A DNA stretch of 63,618 bases, counting the filler. It is 5 parts of 5 records of this genome, joined end to end, with 100 filler letters (N's around TTAATTAATTAA, not from the genome) between each part and the next. Parts side by side here need not be neighbours in the genome. Positions count along the whole stretch, not along the records: positions 20,433 to 26,680 come from SRR22947725_613; positions 26,781 to 38,469 come from SRR22947725_619; 3 more parts are not named here. One strand, 5' to 3'. The position numbers and the translations under genes are program-made. Positions 20,433 through 29,919 of the stretch are shown here, piece after piece (the first letter of the stretch is position 1; each line of letters begins with the position of its first letter). The notes beneath the pieces were generated by a model that did no database searches, had not been told where the DNA came from, and was given only the letters and a program-made list of their open reading frames with translations.

Positions 20433-20657
20433 ATTTTCAAATTGAATTCTATCATTTTCTTTTAAAGCATCTGCTCTTGAAAGTTTTGAAAAATTTTCAT
20501 TTTTATCTAAGCTTGGAGTATCTGTATTATTTTCAATTTTATTTTGTTCAGCTAGATTTTGTTTAATAGTTGCAGGGTCAGGCTGAAAAAAAAGAGAGTA
20601 TAAAACAATTACTGCTGCTGATAAGGATATTGCTGCAATTACGTTTTTAGTATCCAT
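20433..20657 (-). CDS. yidC: Membrane protein insertase YidC, N-terminal fragment
   Basis: MDTKNVIAAISLS N-terminal TM; rpmH-rnpA-yidD-yidC order; cut by the spacer. Confidence 0.88.
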
Positions 20658-20908
20658 TATTTCTTAGCCTTTAATTCTTTATTTACTGGATCAAATCCTT
20701 CACCACCACCTAACATTTTAATGGGGTGGCATGAAAATATTCTTTTAGTGCTTTTTGATATCCCTTTAATGAGCCCATATGTTCTTAAACATTCAATTGT
20801 ATATTCTGAGCAAGTTGGAAGATATCTACACGAAGGAGTTAAGTAGGGGCTAATAACCATTTTATAAAGTTTGATCAGGCCAATTAAAATGTTTGATATA
20901 ATATTCAT
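20657..20908 (-). CDS. yidD: Membrane protein insertion efficiency factor YidD
   Basis: CRYLPTCSEY, RI..CHP, G.DPV. Confidence 0.96.
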   Translation of the reverse strand: MNIISNILIGLIKLYKMVISPYLTPSCRYLPTCSEYTIECLRTYGLIKGISKSTKRIFSCHPIKMLGGGEGFDPVNKELKAKK

Positions 20909-21252
20909 TACTTAATCTTTTCTATGTCTTGGAATAAAGTATCTTTTATTATCGCATATTCATTGTTTAGCATAGTTATTTTCGCAATCACAAGGTAAGA
21001 ATAATTAAAGTTTATAGACACTTTTTTTATAGCTTCGTTCATTATATTTCTTAATCTTCTTTTAATTTTATTTCTCTTTACAGCACTACGGATTAGTTTT
21101 TTTTTAGCTACAAAGCTAATATTTAGTTTTTTATTATCTTTATCTGCAAGAGGACCAAAAAAGAGAGTGATATATTTATTTGAGATTTTTTTTTTCTTAA
21201 GTAAATTTTTAAAATCTTCGTTTTTAGAAAGAGCAACAATTTTGCTTTTCAT
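20908..21252 (-). CDS. rnpA: RNase P protein component
   Basis: L....DF, KK...SAVKRNKIKRRLR (RNR motif). Confidence 0.93.
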   Translation of the reverse strand: MKSKIVALSKNEDFKNLLKKKKISNKYITLFFGPLADKDNKKLNISFVAKKKLIRSAVKRNKIKRRLRNIMNEAIKKVSINFNYSYLVIAKITMLNNEYAIIKDTLFQDIEKIK

Positions 21253-21262
21253 TTATTTTGAA

Positions 21263-21427
21263 CTATTTACCCTGAGGTTTTTTTTGAGTGGATGACACTG
21301 TAAGGTTTTTACGTCCCTTATCACGTCTTCTCTTAATAAGTTTCTTCCCACCTTTAGTTGCCATCTTTGATCTGAAGCCATGCTTCTTAAGACGCTTTCC
21401 AACTTTGGGCTGATATGTTCTTTTCAT
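21263..21427 (-). CDS. rpmH: 50S ribosomal protein L34 (54 aa; absent from the ORF track)
   Basis: Hand translation [54 protein letters not shown]. Confidence 0.97.
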   Translation of the reverse strand: MKRTYQPKVGKRLKKHGFRSKMATKGGKKLIKRRRDKGRKNLTVSSTQKKPQGK

Positions 21428-21519
21428 AGGATTTATTTAAGTTTTTTTAAATTTCGCCCTTTATAGTAATTATATGTATAAATAGCAAATAGAAGATTTT
21501 ATAATAGGACCAATAAATT

Positions 21520-22239
21520 ATGGAAAAATCAAAAAAAGTTAAGATAACTTTAGGTTTATTTTATCTTCTAGTTGTTTCATCATTTTTATACTTTTTTTTA
21601 TCAAAATTCACCCTCGAAGAATTAACAAGCTATGAATTTATTAAAAACAATAGAGATTATTTTTTTGGATTAAAACAAACTAATTTATTTTTAATTTCTT
21701 TAATATTTTTAACAGCTACAATTATTTGGGTTGTGATGGCTGGATTTGGTTTGCCAGTTGCACTCTTAGCAGGGTTTATTTTTGGCAAGTGGCTTGGAAC
21801 GATTATTCTAATAATTGGAATGACTATTGGTGCAACAATTTTATACATCATTGGAAATTATTTTTTTAAAGAAATTATTAAAGAAAAGTTTTTAAATAGA
21901 TTTAAAAATTTAGAAGTAAAATTTAAAAAATCAGAATTTATTTATCTTTTAGCTTATAGATTTATTGGAGGCATTCCTTTTGCATTATCAAATGTGTTAC
22001 CTTGTATTTTTAATGTTAAGACAAGTAATTTCTTTTGGGCAACATTAATAGGATTAACTCCACCACTATTTTTAGTTGTTTCAATTGGAAGTGGACTTGA
22101 AAAAATCATAGAACAAAACTTAGAAGCTCCCAGAATCATTGATTTGATATATTCACCAGATATCTACATTCCAATGATTGCTTTTGGAGCTTTATTAGTA
22201 GTTGCAATTGTTGCTAGAAAAATATTCTACAAAAAATAA
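21520..22239 (+). CDS. DedA/VTT (TVP38/TMEM64) family membrane protein
   Basis: AGFIFG..LG, GA...Y..G, R....PF...N, F..ATLIG..P pattern. Confidence 0.85.
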   Translation: MEKSKKVKITLGLFYLLVVSSFLYFFLSKFTLEELTSYEFIKNNRDYFFGLKQTNLFLISLIFLTATIIWVVMAGFGLPVALLAGFIFGKWLGTIILIIGMTIGATILYIIGNYFFKEIIKEKFLNRFKNLEVKFKKSEFIYLLAYRFIGGIPFALSNVLPCIFNVKTSNFFWATLIGLTPPLFLVVSIGSGLEKIIEQNLEAPRIIDLIYSPDIYIPMIAFGALLVVAIVARKIFYKK

Positions 22240-22241
22240 TC

Positions 22242-22315
22242 TGGTGCCCCCACCAAGAATCGAACTTGAAATTTATCCTTACCATGGACATGTTATGCCA
22301 TTTAACTATAGGGGC
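22242..22315 (-). tRNA. tRNA-Thr(GGT)
   Basis: GCCCCTATAGTTAAATGG... anticodon arm TGTCC-ATGGTAA-GGATA, TTCGA T-loop, 3' ACCA. Confidence 0.95.
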
Positions 22316-22416
22316 TAATTTGTTATTTTATTGAAGTATTTCTATAATAAATCATTTTTTCAAAAAATTGCCTTAATTTTTTTCATATAATGATTTATAC
22401 CTACGGAGGAAATTTT

Positions 22417-22614
22417 ATGGGCATTCATTACGATTATAAATCTACTAAAGGCAATAAGCTTATGGAGAAGCAGGCAAAGAGAGAAAAAAAGCTTGCTGAA
22501 AAAAAAGCAAAACGTGAAGCTAAAGAGGGACCAAAAGTTCAAGAAGAACCAGAGAAAACTTTAGATGCATCAAAGCCTATCACTTTAGATTTTTTAACTA
22601 ATCCAGACAAATAA
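22417..22614 (+). CDS. Small charged hypothetical protein (65 aa)
   Basis: GGAGGA SD 6 nt before ATG 22417; stop overlaps the next ATG. Confidence 0.7.
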   Translation: MGIHYDYKSTKGNKLMEKQAKREKKLAEKKAKREAKEGPKVQEEPEKTLDASKPITLDFLTNPDK

Positions 22615-22715
22615 TGAATGATAAAGAAAAAAATGAGAAGTTAAGTCTGGCTCTTAGAAAAAATTTAAAAAAAAGAAAAATTTTTCAAAAAAAAAATAAG
22701 AAGAAAAGTAAATAA
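22614..22715 (+). CDS. 33-aa basic protein [33 protein letters not shown]
   Basis: TAATG stop/start overlaps at both ends; L..ALR.NL.+RK motif. Confidence 0.7.
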   Translation: MNDKEKNEKLSLALRKNLKKRKIFQKKNKKKSK

Positions 22716-23272
22716 TGTCAGTACTTTCTGATAAATCTATAAGGAAGTTAGCAGTTGAGCAGTCAATGATTTCTCCCTTTATAGATAAGCAAGTCAGGGA
22801 TGGTAAAATTTCTTATGGACTTAGTTCATTTGGCTATGATGCAAGAGTAGGAGATGAATTTAAGATATTTCATAATGTTAATTCTTCTATCGTTGACCCT
22901 AAGGAGTTTAGTTCAGATAATTTTGTAACCAAAAAAAGCTCTGATTATATTATCATTCCTCCTAATTCTTTCGCTCTTGGAACTACTATTGAAGTCTTTA
23001 AAATACCAAGAGATATTATGTGTATTGTTGTTGGTAAGAGCACATATGCAAGAACAGGAATCATAGTTAATGTAACTCCAATTGAGTCTGAGTTTTTTGG
23101 AACAGTTACTCTTGAATTTTCTAATACCACACCGCTACCTGCAAAAATTTATGCAAATGAAGGTGTTGCACAATTTTTATTTCTAAAAGGAGATCAGTCT
23201 CCTGAAACTTCATACGCTGACCGTAAAGGAAAATATATGGGTCAAACTGGAGTAACTTTACCAAAAGTATAA
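22715..23272 (+). CDS. dcd: dCTP deaminase
   Basis: [32 protein letters not shown]. Confidence 0.96.
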   Translation: MSVLSDKSIRKLAVEQSMISPFIDKQVRDGKISYGLSSFGYDARVGDEFKIFHNVNSSIVDPKEFSSDNFVTKKSSDYIIIPPNSFALGTTIEVFKIPRDIMCIVVGKSTYARTGIIVNVTPIESEFFGTVTLEFSNTTPLPAKIYANEGVAQFLFLKGDQSPETSYADRKGKYMGQTGVTLPKV

Positions 23273-23274
23273 TC

Positions 23275-24528
23275 ATGAAAAAATTGGAAGTCTTTGGGGC
23301 AGCAAAGCTCAAGGGACAAATTAGAATTTCAGGTTCTAAAAATGCATCCCTTCCTATTTTAGCTGCAACATTATTATCAAATAAAAAGATATCTTTAGCA
23401 AACCTCCCGAGGGTAAAAGATATTGAAACAATGATACTTTTATTAAAGTCATTAGGTTCAATTATTGAAGATAATAAAAAAGAATTGATTATCAAAAATA
23501 CCAAGCAAACAAAAACTTTTGCAGCTTATAGTTTGGTTAAAACTATGAGAGCAGGAATATTAGTTTTAGGACCATTACTTGCTAAATTTGGTAAAGCAAA
23601 AGTTTCATTACCTGGCGGCTGCGCAATAGGGACAAGACCTGTTGATATTCATTTACAAGCTCTATCAAAACTTGGAGTTAAATATAAAATTATCCAAGGT
23701 TATGTGCATGCTAATGCACCCAAAGGATTAATAGGAGCAAATATAAAATTTCCTAAAGTTTCAGTTGGTGCTACAGAAAATTTAATTATAGCCGCATGTT
23801 TAGCTAAAGGAAAAACAACTTTATCAAATTGTGCGATTGAACCTGAGATTAAAGATTTAGTTAATTTTTTAATTAATATGGGGTGTAATATTAAGTGGAC
23901 TGCAAAGAGAACGGTTAGAATTGAAGGAGTGAACAATCTTAAAGAATTAGATTACTCAGTAATGCCGGATAGAATAGAGGCTGGAACTTATTTAATAGCT
24001 GCAGCATTAACTGAAGGAAATTTGAAAATTACTGGAATTGATCCTAAGATAATAAGTACAGAAATTAATATCTTAAAAAAAGTAGGATCAAAAATTACAT
24101 TAAAAAAAAATGAAATCCTTATTCAAGGAAGTAAAAAGATTAAAAATATGAATATTAAAACATCTCCTTATCCAGGGTTTCCGACAGATTTGCAGGCACA
24201 AATGATGGTATTATTATGTAAGGCTAATAAAAGATCTCATATTAAAGAAGAAATATTTGAAAATAGGTTTATGCACGTTGCAGAGCTTAATAGAATGGGA
24301 GCTAAAATTTCTATTAATGGAAATCAAGCAAGCATAGAAGGAAATATCAAATTTGAAGCAGCAGAATTAATGGCCACAGATTTAAGAGCCTCTGTATCTT
24401 TAATTCTTGCAGCTCTTGCAGCTAAAGGAAAATCAGTAATTAATAGAATATATCACCTTGATAGGGGCTATGAAGATATAGAGAAGAAATTAAAAAAAGT
24501 AGGGGCTAAAATTAAGAGAATTAATTAA
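23275..24528 (+). CDS. murA: UDP-GlcNAc enolpyruvyl transferase
   Basis: GSKNA, LPGGCAIGTRPVD.H, SVGATEN, PGFPTD.Q, HLDRGY. Confidence 0.98.
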   Translation: MKKLEVFGAAKLKGQIRISGSKNASLPILAATLLSNKKISLANLPRVKDIETMILLLKSLGSIIEDNKKELIIKNTKQTKTFAAYSLVKTMRAGILVLGPLLAKFGKAKVSLPGGCAIGTRPVDIHLQALSKLGVKYKIIQGYVHANAPKGLIGANIKFPKVSVGATENLIIAACLAKGKTTLSNCAIEPEIKDLVNFLINMGCNIKWTAKRTVRIEGVNNLKELDYSVMPDRIEAGTYLIAAALTEGNLKITGIDPKIISTEINILKKVGSKITLKKNEILIQGSKKIKNMNIKTSPYPGFPTDLQAQMMVLLCKANKRSHIKEEIFENRFMHVAELNRMGAKISINGNQASIEGNIKFEAAELMATDLRASVSLILAALAAKGKSVINRIYHLDRGYEDIEKKLKKVGAKIKRIN

Positions 24529-24923
24529 TGGATAAAAAATATTTATCAAAAATTATAGCTACAGATAATGAGGGATTACAAGTAATCTCAGCATGTTGCT
24601 CTGGAGCTGAAGTTAAAGTTAATGAAATTAAGTATCTTCAGAAAAACAAAGTTTTTCTATTATCATTAAAAAGATCTAAAGTAGAAACGGAAGAACAAGA
24701 TAAAAAAATTACTAGTATTTGCAAATTTGAATTTGTAGATAGAGTTAAATCTAAAAATATTAAACAAAACGACCCTGAGGAAAAATTAGAGTTAATTGGG
24801 ATGGATTATTTAAAAAATAATGACAATTATGAGATAAACTTAATGTTTACAAACAATGCATATATTACATTATCGACAGAAATAATCGAAGTAACTTTAG
24901 ATGACCAAAACAAAGCTGATTAA
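24528..24923 (+). CDS. DUF2948 family protein
   Basis: LQVISAC and F.L...R pattern; typical murA-X-hisD position in alphaproteobacteria. Confidence 0.7.
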   Translation: MDKKYLSKIIATDNEGLQVISACCSGAEVKVNEIKYLQKNKVFLLSLKRSKVETEEQDKKITSICKFEFVDRVKSKNIKQNDPEEKLELIGMDYLKNNDNYEINLMFTNNAYITLSTEIIEVTLDDQNKAD

Positions 24924-26209
24924 TGATTAAGATATTAGATAGTAAAAATAAAAACTTTGACAAAACTTTAGACGCATTACTGTCTAAACGAAAAAATAAA
25001 GTCCAACTTAATTCAGTTTCAGTTATTAAAATTATTAAAGATGTTAAGAAAAATGGAGATAAAGCTATTTTAAAGTATGAAAAGAGATTTAATAAAAATA
25101 GTATTATTGCCCCAAGCATAAAACAAATTAATAGAGCTATTCAGTCTTTAGATCCAAAAGTTAAAAAGGCAATCGATCTTGCTTATGATAGAATTTATAA
25201 ATTCCATTCATTACAAAAATTTAAAAACATTTCTTATACAGACAAACTAAAAAATAAATTAGAGTATAAATACGTACCTATTGAATCAGTTGCAATTTAT
25301 GTACCTGGTTCAACAGCTTCATATCCTTCCAGTGTTTTAATGAATGCAGTACCTGCAATTGTTGCTGGAGTGAAAAGATTAGTTATGGTTAATCCAGGTC
25401 AAAAAGGTAAACAAAATCCTGCGGTATTATATGCTGCCAAAAAATGTAAGATTAAAGAGATTTATTCAATTGGAGGACCATCTGCTATTGCAGCTGTTGC
25501 GTATGGTACTAAGAAAATCAAAAAAGTTGACAAAATTGTTGGCCCTGGAAATTCTTATGTAGCTGCAGCAAAAAAAGAAGTATTTGGAGATGTTGGAATT
25601 GAAGGAATGATAGCAGGTCCTTCTGAAGTGACAATTGTTTGTGATAAGTTTTCAAATCCTGAATGGATAGCGAGCGATCTAATAGGTCAAGCAGAACACG
25701 ATAACCTTGCTCAATGTATTTTAATTTCAAAAGACAAATCAATTATTAAAAAAGTTAATTATGAAATTATCAATCAATTAAAAGAATTGCCTAGAGCAGT
25801 GATTGCAAAAAATAGTCTACTTAATAATGGAATTTTAATTCATATGCCGTCTGACCAAAAAATTATTAACACAGTAAATAAAATTGCTCCTGAACACTTA
25901 GAGCTTAATATTAAGAACTATAAAACGGTAGTGGGTAAGATTAAAAATGCAGGATCAATCTGTTTAGGAAAATATGCTGTAATGGCAATGACAGATTATA
26001 ATGTTGGGTCTAACCATGTATTGCCAACCAATTCCTCAGCAAGATATTCGAGTGGAGTTAGTGTTAATGAATTTTATAAAAGAATTTCATATATAAACCT
26101 ATCAAAAAAAGGGATTGAAACCCTTGGTCCATCAGTTATAACACTTGCAAACTACGAGGGTTTAGTGGGACACGCTAAGTCGGTAGAAAAAAGAATTAGG
26201 AGAAAATAA
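24923..26209 (+). CDS. hisD: Histidinol dehydrogenase
   Basis: YVPG, GPGN.YV..AK, AGPSE, QAEHD, APEHL, G.NHVLPT. Confidence 0.95.
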   Translation: MIKILDSKNKNFDKTLDALLSKRKNKVQLNSVSVIKIIKDVKKNGDKAILKYEKRFNKNSIIAPSIKQINRAIQSLDPKVKKAIDLAYDRIYKFHSLQKFKNISYTDKLKNKLEYKYVPIESVAIYVPGSTASYPSSVLMNAVPAIVAGVKRLVMVNPGQKGKQNPAVLYAAKKCKIKEIYSIGGPSAIAAVAYGTKKIKKVDKIVGPGNSYVAAAKKEVFGDVGIEGMIAGPSEVTIVCDKFSNPEWIASDLIGQAEHDNLAQCILISKDKSIIKKVNYEIINQLKELPRAVIAKNSLLNNGILIHMPSDQKIINTVNKIAPEHLELNIKNYKTVVGKIKNAGSICLGKYAVMAMTDYNVGSNHVLPTNSSARYSSGVSVNEFYKRISYINLSKKGIETLGPSVITLANYEGLVGHAKSVEKRIRRK

Positions 26210-26211
26210 AT

Positions 26212-26427
26212 TTGTCAAAACAAGAAATGCTGTCGTTCTCAGGAATTGTTGAGGATTTATTACCAAATGCAATGTTTAGAGTAAAATTAGAAAACGGCCA
26301 TATTGTTACAGCTCATGCTGCAGGCAAATTGCGTAAGAACAGAATTAGAGTACTTCAAGGTGATAAGGTTCAAGTTGAAATGACACCTTACGATTTGACC
26401 AAAGGTCGTATCACTTTTAGAGGTTAA
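26212..26427 (+). CDS. infA: Translation initiation factor IF-1
   Basis: [35 protein letters not shown] start. Confidence 0.98.
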   Translation: MSKQEMLSFSGIVEDLLPNAMFRVKLENGHIVTAHAAGKLRKNRIRVLQGDKVQVEMTPYDLTKGRITFRG

Positions 26428-26432
26428 TAAGG

Positions 26433-26508
26433 GGCCCTGTAGCTCAGTTGGTAGAGCATCGGATTGAAAATCCGTGTGTCACTGGTTCGAGTCCAGTTGG
26501 GGCCACCA
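26433..26508 (+). tRNA. tRNA-Phe(GAA)
   Basis: GGCCCTGTAGCTCAGTTGGTAGAGC, CGGA-TTGAAAA-TCCG arm, GGTTCGAGTCC, 3' ACCA. Confidence 0.97.
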
Positions 26509-26596
26509 CCACCTCCCTTTAAAAATCCAAAAAATTATTGAAAAAATAAAAAAAATAAAATAATTTTTTATATAAATAATAAAAGGATAAGTAAAA

Positions 26597-26680
26597 ATGA
26601 GCACACTAAAAGGAACAGTAAAGTGGTTTAACGGTAAAAAAGGTTTTGGCTTTATTGAAAGAGAAGATAAAGAAAAAGAT
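26597..26680 (+). CDS. Cold-shock protein, 5' fragment
   Basis: MSTLKGTVKWFNGKKGFGFIEREDKEKD (RNP1 motif); cut by the spacer. Confidence 0.93.
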
Positions 26681-26780
26681 NNNNNNNNNNNNNNNNNNNN
26701 NNNNNNNNNNNNNNNNNNNNNNNNTTAATTAATTAANNNNNNNNNNNNNNNNNNNNNNNNNNNNNNNNNNNNNNNNNNNN
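26681..26780. other. Artificial contig spacer
   Basis: N run + TTAATTAATTAA + N run. Confidence 0.99.
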
Positions 26781-27686
26781 AGCTAATAAATTTACTAATT
26801 TTTCTCTTAATTCAGTCCCTTTAATTAAAGATATTGATTTTTCTTCCTTTAAATTTGTTAACGCAGCAACTAACCTTAAGTTCAGATCTTCATTAACTGA
26901 ATTTGTTGCGGCCAATAGTGTTAATGTTTCTTCGGCCTCTTTTCTTTTTTGTTCTAATACCAAGGACATAGCTGTGAGTTCTGCATTCCCGTTTTTCAAC
27001 TTCTCTCTCAACATTTGAGCGGCTGCAGCGTCAGCTAACTTCAGTTTATCAAGCTTTGAAATTTGTTTTCTTTGTTCTAAGTTCTTCGAATTAATTGATT
27101 CAATTAATACTTCCAGAGCTTCTCTTCGTGCCGCAGCCAGCCTAGCAGTTTCTATTTTTTCACTGATTTCTTGTCTTGCTTGTGCTAAAGTGAGTTGAAT
27201 TGCCTCTTTTTCTGATACTTCTTTTTCAAACTTTGAATTATTAGCTATTAATTTTTTTTCTAAAGAATTTATAAGTAATTTTGCATTATTTTTCTGAGCT
27301 AGTAGTCCTAATACTTGTTGTTCAAAATTTGCTATGATGCCTTTCTGTTTTTCACTCTGACTAGTTAAAGAGGCAACCAGCGTTCTCTGTTTGTCTAATT
27401 CCTTGGAGCTCTTTTCTACTAATCCTCCTAAATTAGATATTTTGTCTTCTAAATTGGTACCACGTTGTTGTTCTAAACCTAGCTGAAGGGCCAATGTATT
27501 TAAACTTTCTGATAATTTTCCAAGCTCAGAATTTTGAGTTTCTATCCTCTCACTAAGCATAAATTGTACGATCATAAATATTGAGATAATAAAAATTAAA
27601 ACTAATAGTAAAGCCGTCATTGCATCTACAAAACCTGGCCAAATATTGGCCTCAAAACGTCTGCCACTCCGACGACTTAAGGCCAT
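26781..27686 (-). CDS. MotB-like membrane-anchored long coiled-coil protein (probable peptidoglycan-binding C-terminus not visible), partial
   Basis: WPGFVDAMTALLL TM with intramembrane Asp, followed by long heptad-rich helices. Confidence 0.8.
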
Positions 27687-27713
27687 AACTTAACAACTTT
27701 TAATTTGGTATTT

Positions 27714-28736
27714 TCACGCATCAAAACTATCTTCATTTCTTTTGATGTAGCTAAGTTTATCCAAAAGTTCCTCTTGACTACTCGCAACTCTTTTTAACGC
27801 AGTCCCGATATCATCAGATTGATCAATTCTTTCAACAAGACGTAAGACAGTTTCAACCATCTTATCTGCTCGCTCATCGTTTTCTTTTCTTGAGCCTTCT
27901 AGCTTATCAAGGAAATCATCAAAACGGGCGTTCTGTTCAATGATATGATTTAATATTGGTACGAGCTCAGAATTTATTTTAGGTAAAGTGTCTCCATCAT
28001 TTCCTGCAAAAGAAAATTTTGTAACTGATGATAACCACTCTTCTATCTGACGGTAAAATCGGTTTTGCCCATGTCCTGCAAATAATTCTAAAAGGCCAAC
28101 GACTAATGAGCCTGCAAGCCCAAGCAAAGAGGATGAGAAGGCAGTTCCCATACCAGCTAACTGGCTCTCTAGTCCGTCCATTAATTTAGCAAAAACTTCT
28201 ACCCCACTCTCCCCTTCTTTAGGATTAAGAGTTCGGATAGTATCTACAACGCCAGGTATTGTAATAGCCAAACCATAAAAGGTTCCTAAAAGTCCCAAAA
28301 ATATTAAGAGGTTTATTACGTATCTAGTTATATCTCTAGATTCATCCATTCTTGTAGCTATTGAATCTAAAATTGTGCGAGCAGATGCTGAGGTAACTTT
28401 CATCTTATAACCACCAGCATTTAGTACAGCTACTAATGAAGCTAGAAGTCTTGGCGTTCTACTGTAAGCAACGTCTGGTTCATTTTTTGCTACTCTTTTT
28501 AACCATGAAATCGAGGACATAAGTTGAGTTACCTGCCAAAAGCAAGCAATAACACCGAATAAAAAAACAACAAAAATAAGGCCATTTAGATAAAGATTAG
28601 CTAAAAAAACTGGTGCGAGCTGAGGGAGGATAATATACCCACCCATCCCAGTGAGAATTAAAACAGAAATCATAAAAATTACTTGACGGAGAGGGCCTGT
28701 AAAATCTAGTGACTCATCTTTTTTTATAGCTTTCAT
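27714..28736 (-). CDS. MotA/TolQ/ExbB proton-channel family protein
   Basis: LGLLGTFYGL and GMGTAFSSSLLGL TM motifs; four hydrophobic segments. Confidence 0.85.
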   Translation of the reverse strand: MKAIKKDESLDFTGPLRQVIFMISVLILTGMGGYIILPQLAPVFLANLYLNGLIFVVFLFGVIACFWQVTQLMSSISWLKRVAKNEPDVAYSRTPRLLASLVAVLNAGGYKMKVTSASARTILDSIATRMDESRDITRYVINLLIFLGLLGTFYGLAITIPGVVDTIRTLNPKEGESGVEVFAKLMDGLESQLAGMGTAFSSSLLGLAGSLVVGLLELFAGHGQNRFYRQIEEWLSSVTKFSFAGNDGDTLPKINSELVPILNHIIEQNARFDDFLDKLEGSRKENDERADKMVETVLRLVERIDQSDDIGTALKRVASSQEELLDKLSYIKRNEDSFDA

Positions 28737-28883
28737 ACGTTCGCCTTTTAAATAATAACAAATCTATATTAACATACTAAATCTAGACTATCCTTTTTCC
28801 AAGTTTATTATAATTACCTTTCAGTTTAAAAACTAGTATCTTATAAACTTATTAGAAAAATCAATTTTAAGAAGAATCCCTTT

Positions 28884-29867
28884 ATGCGTATTATAATTTG
28901 GACTATAACAATTATTGTTCTGTCTTGGTCGGCATATTGGATGATCGGTGCAAAGAGTATTAAAGCTGAGTTATTAGCGTCAGTTCAAAATATTAACTCA
29001 GAAGACTGGTCAATTGCATACTCGGACTCTGTCGTTAAAGGTTTTCCTTATCGCTTTGATTTAACAATAAATAATTTAAAAGTAAAAAATAAAAAAAATT
29101 ATCTAACTTGGACTCTTCCGTACTTTCAGATCCTATCATTAAGCTATGCGCCTAAGGACTTAATTCTTGTTTGGCCAAAAGAACAAGAAATTAAAACCAA
29201 AACCAAAACTATAAGTCTCATTTCAAACAAAATGTTAGCTAGTATCGAACGTACTAACATAAGCTCTTATGATATCTCAAAGTTTATTTTAGAAGTTGAA
29301 GGCGCCAACATTAAATCCTCTCAGGACCTAGTTCTCCAATCCAAGTCGGTAATTTTAGCGATAAGTAAACTTAAAGCTGAGACTTCGGCTTATAAATTTG
29401 GACTAAACAGTACCGGGTTATTAGTTCAATCCTCAGATCAAAGCTTTTACGGATTAATAGGTTTATTAAATACAAACCCATTAAGTCTAAATATAAATGC
29501 TGATGTATATCTAGATACGCTACTTAGAGTAACAGAAAAAAAATTATACCCAAAAATCACTAAACTAAACTTGAAGGAAATCAGCATTCATTCAAAGGAT
29601 CTTACCCTAACTGCATTAGGAGATTTAGAAACAGATAAGCAAGGTTTCCCCGAAGGAAATATTCAATTAAAAATTTCAGGTTGGAAACAATTTTTATCTA
29701 TTATTAATCCGACAGACATAAATAAAAAAATCGTCGAGAGCTTAGGGTTTCTTTCGATTCTTTCAGGTAATCAGAATGATTTAACTTTAGATCTTAAAAT
29801 CAGGGAACGAAAACTATTTCTAGGCCCACTAATATTAGGAAATATACCAAAACAACTTATACAGTAA
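28884..29867 (+). CDS. DUF2125 family protein
   Basis: N-terminal anchor WSAYW, GFP.RFD, C-terminal LGP..LG..P. Confidence 0.75.
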   Translation: MRIIIWTITIIVLSWSAYWMIGAKSIKAELLASVQNINSEDWSIAYSDSVVKGFPYRFDLTINNLKVKNKKNYLTWTLPYFQILSLSYAPKDLILVWPKEQEIKTKTKTISLISNKMLASIERTNISSYDISKFILEVEGANIKSSQDLVLQSKSVILAISKLKAETSAYKFGLNSTGLLVQSSDQSFYGLIGLLNTNPLSLNINADVYLDTLLRVTEKKLYPKITKLNLKEISIHSKDLTLTALGDLETDKQGFPEGNIQLKISGWKQFLSIINPTDINKKIVESLGFLSILSGNQNDLTLDLKIRERKLFLGPLILGNIPKQLIQ

Positions 29868-29919
29868 CTAACTATATATGAACAGTAGTTAGTATACATT
29901 TATTACCCTTAAGTTTGGT

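Noticed and set aside
24923-26209. DHPS dehydrogenase HpsN (a HisD paralogue)
   Set aside because: The murA-DUF2948-hisD-infA context is that of true hisD; no sulfonate genes nearby.
26781-28736. Zorya (ZorAB) defence system or flagellar stator
   Set aside because: No zorC/D/E or flagellar genes in view, the A-subunit tail is short, and neighbours are core genes. The downstream side is cut off, so this is not absolute.
29867-29893. ACTAACTA-N11-TAGTTAGT hairpin between convergent genes
   Set aside because: Weak AT-rich stem without a U tract; at most an ordinary terminator.
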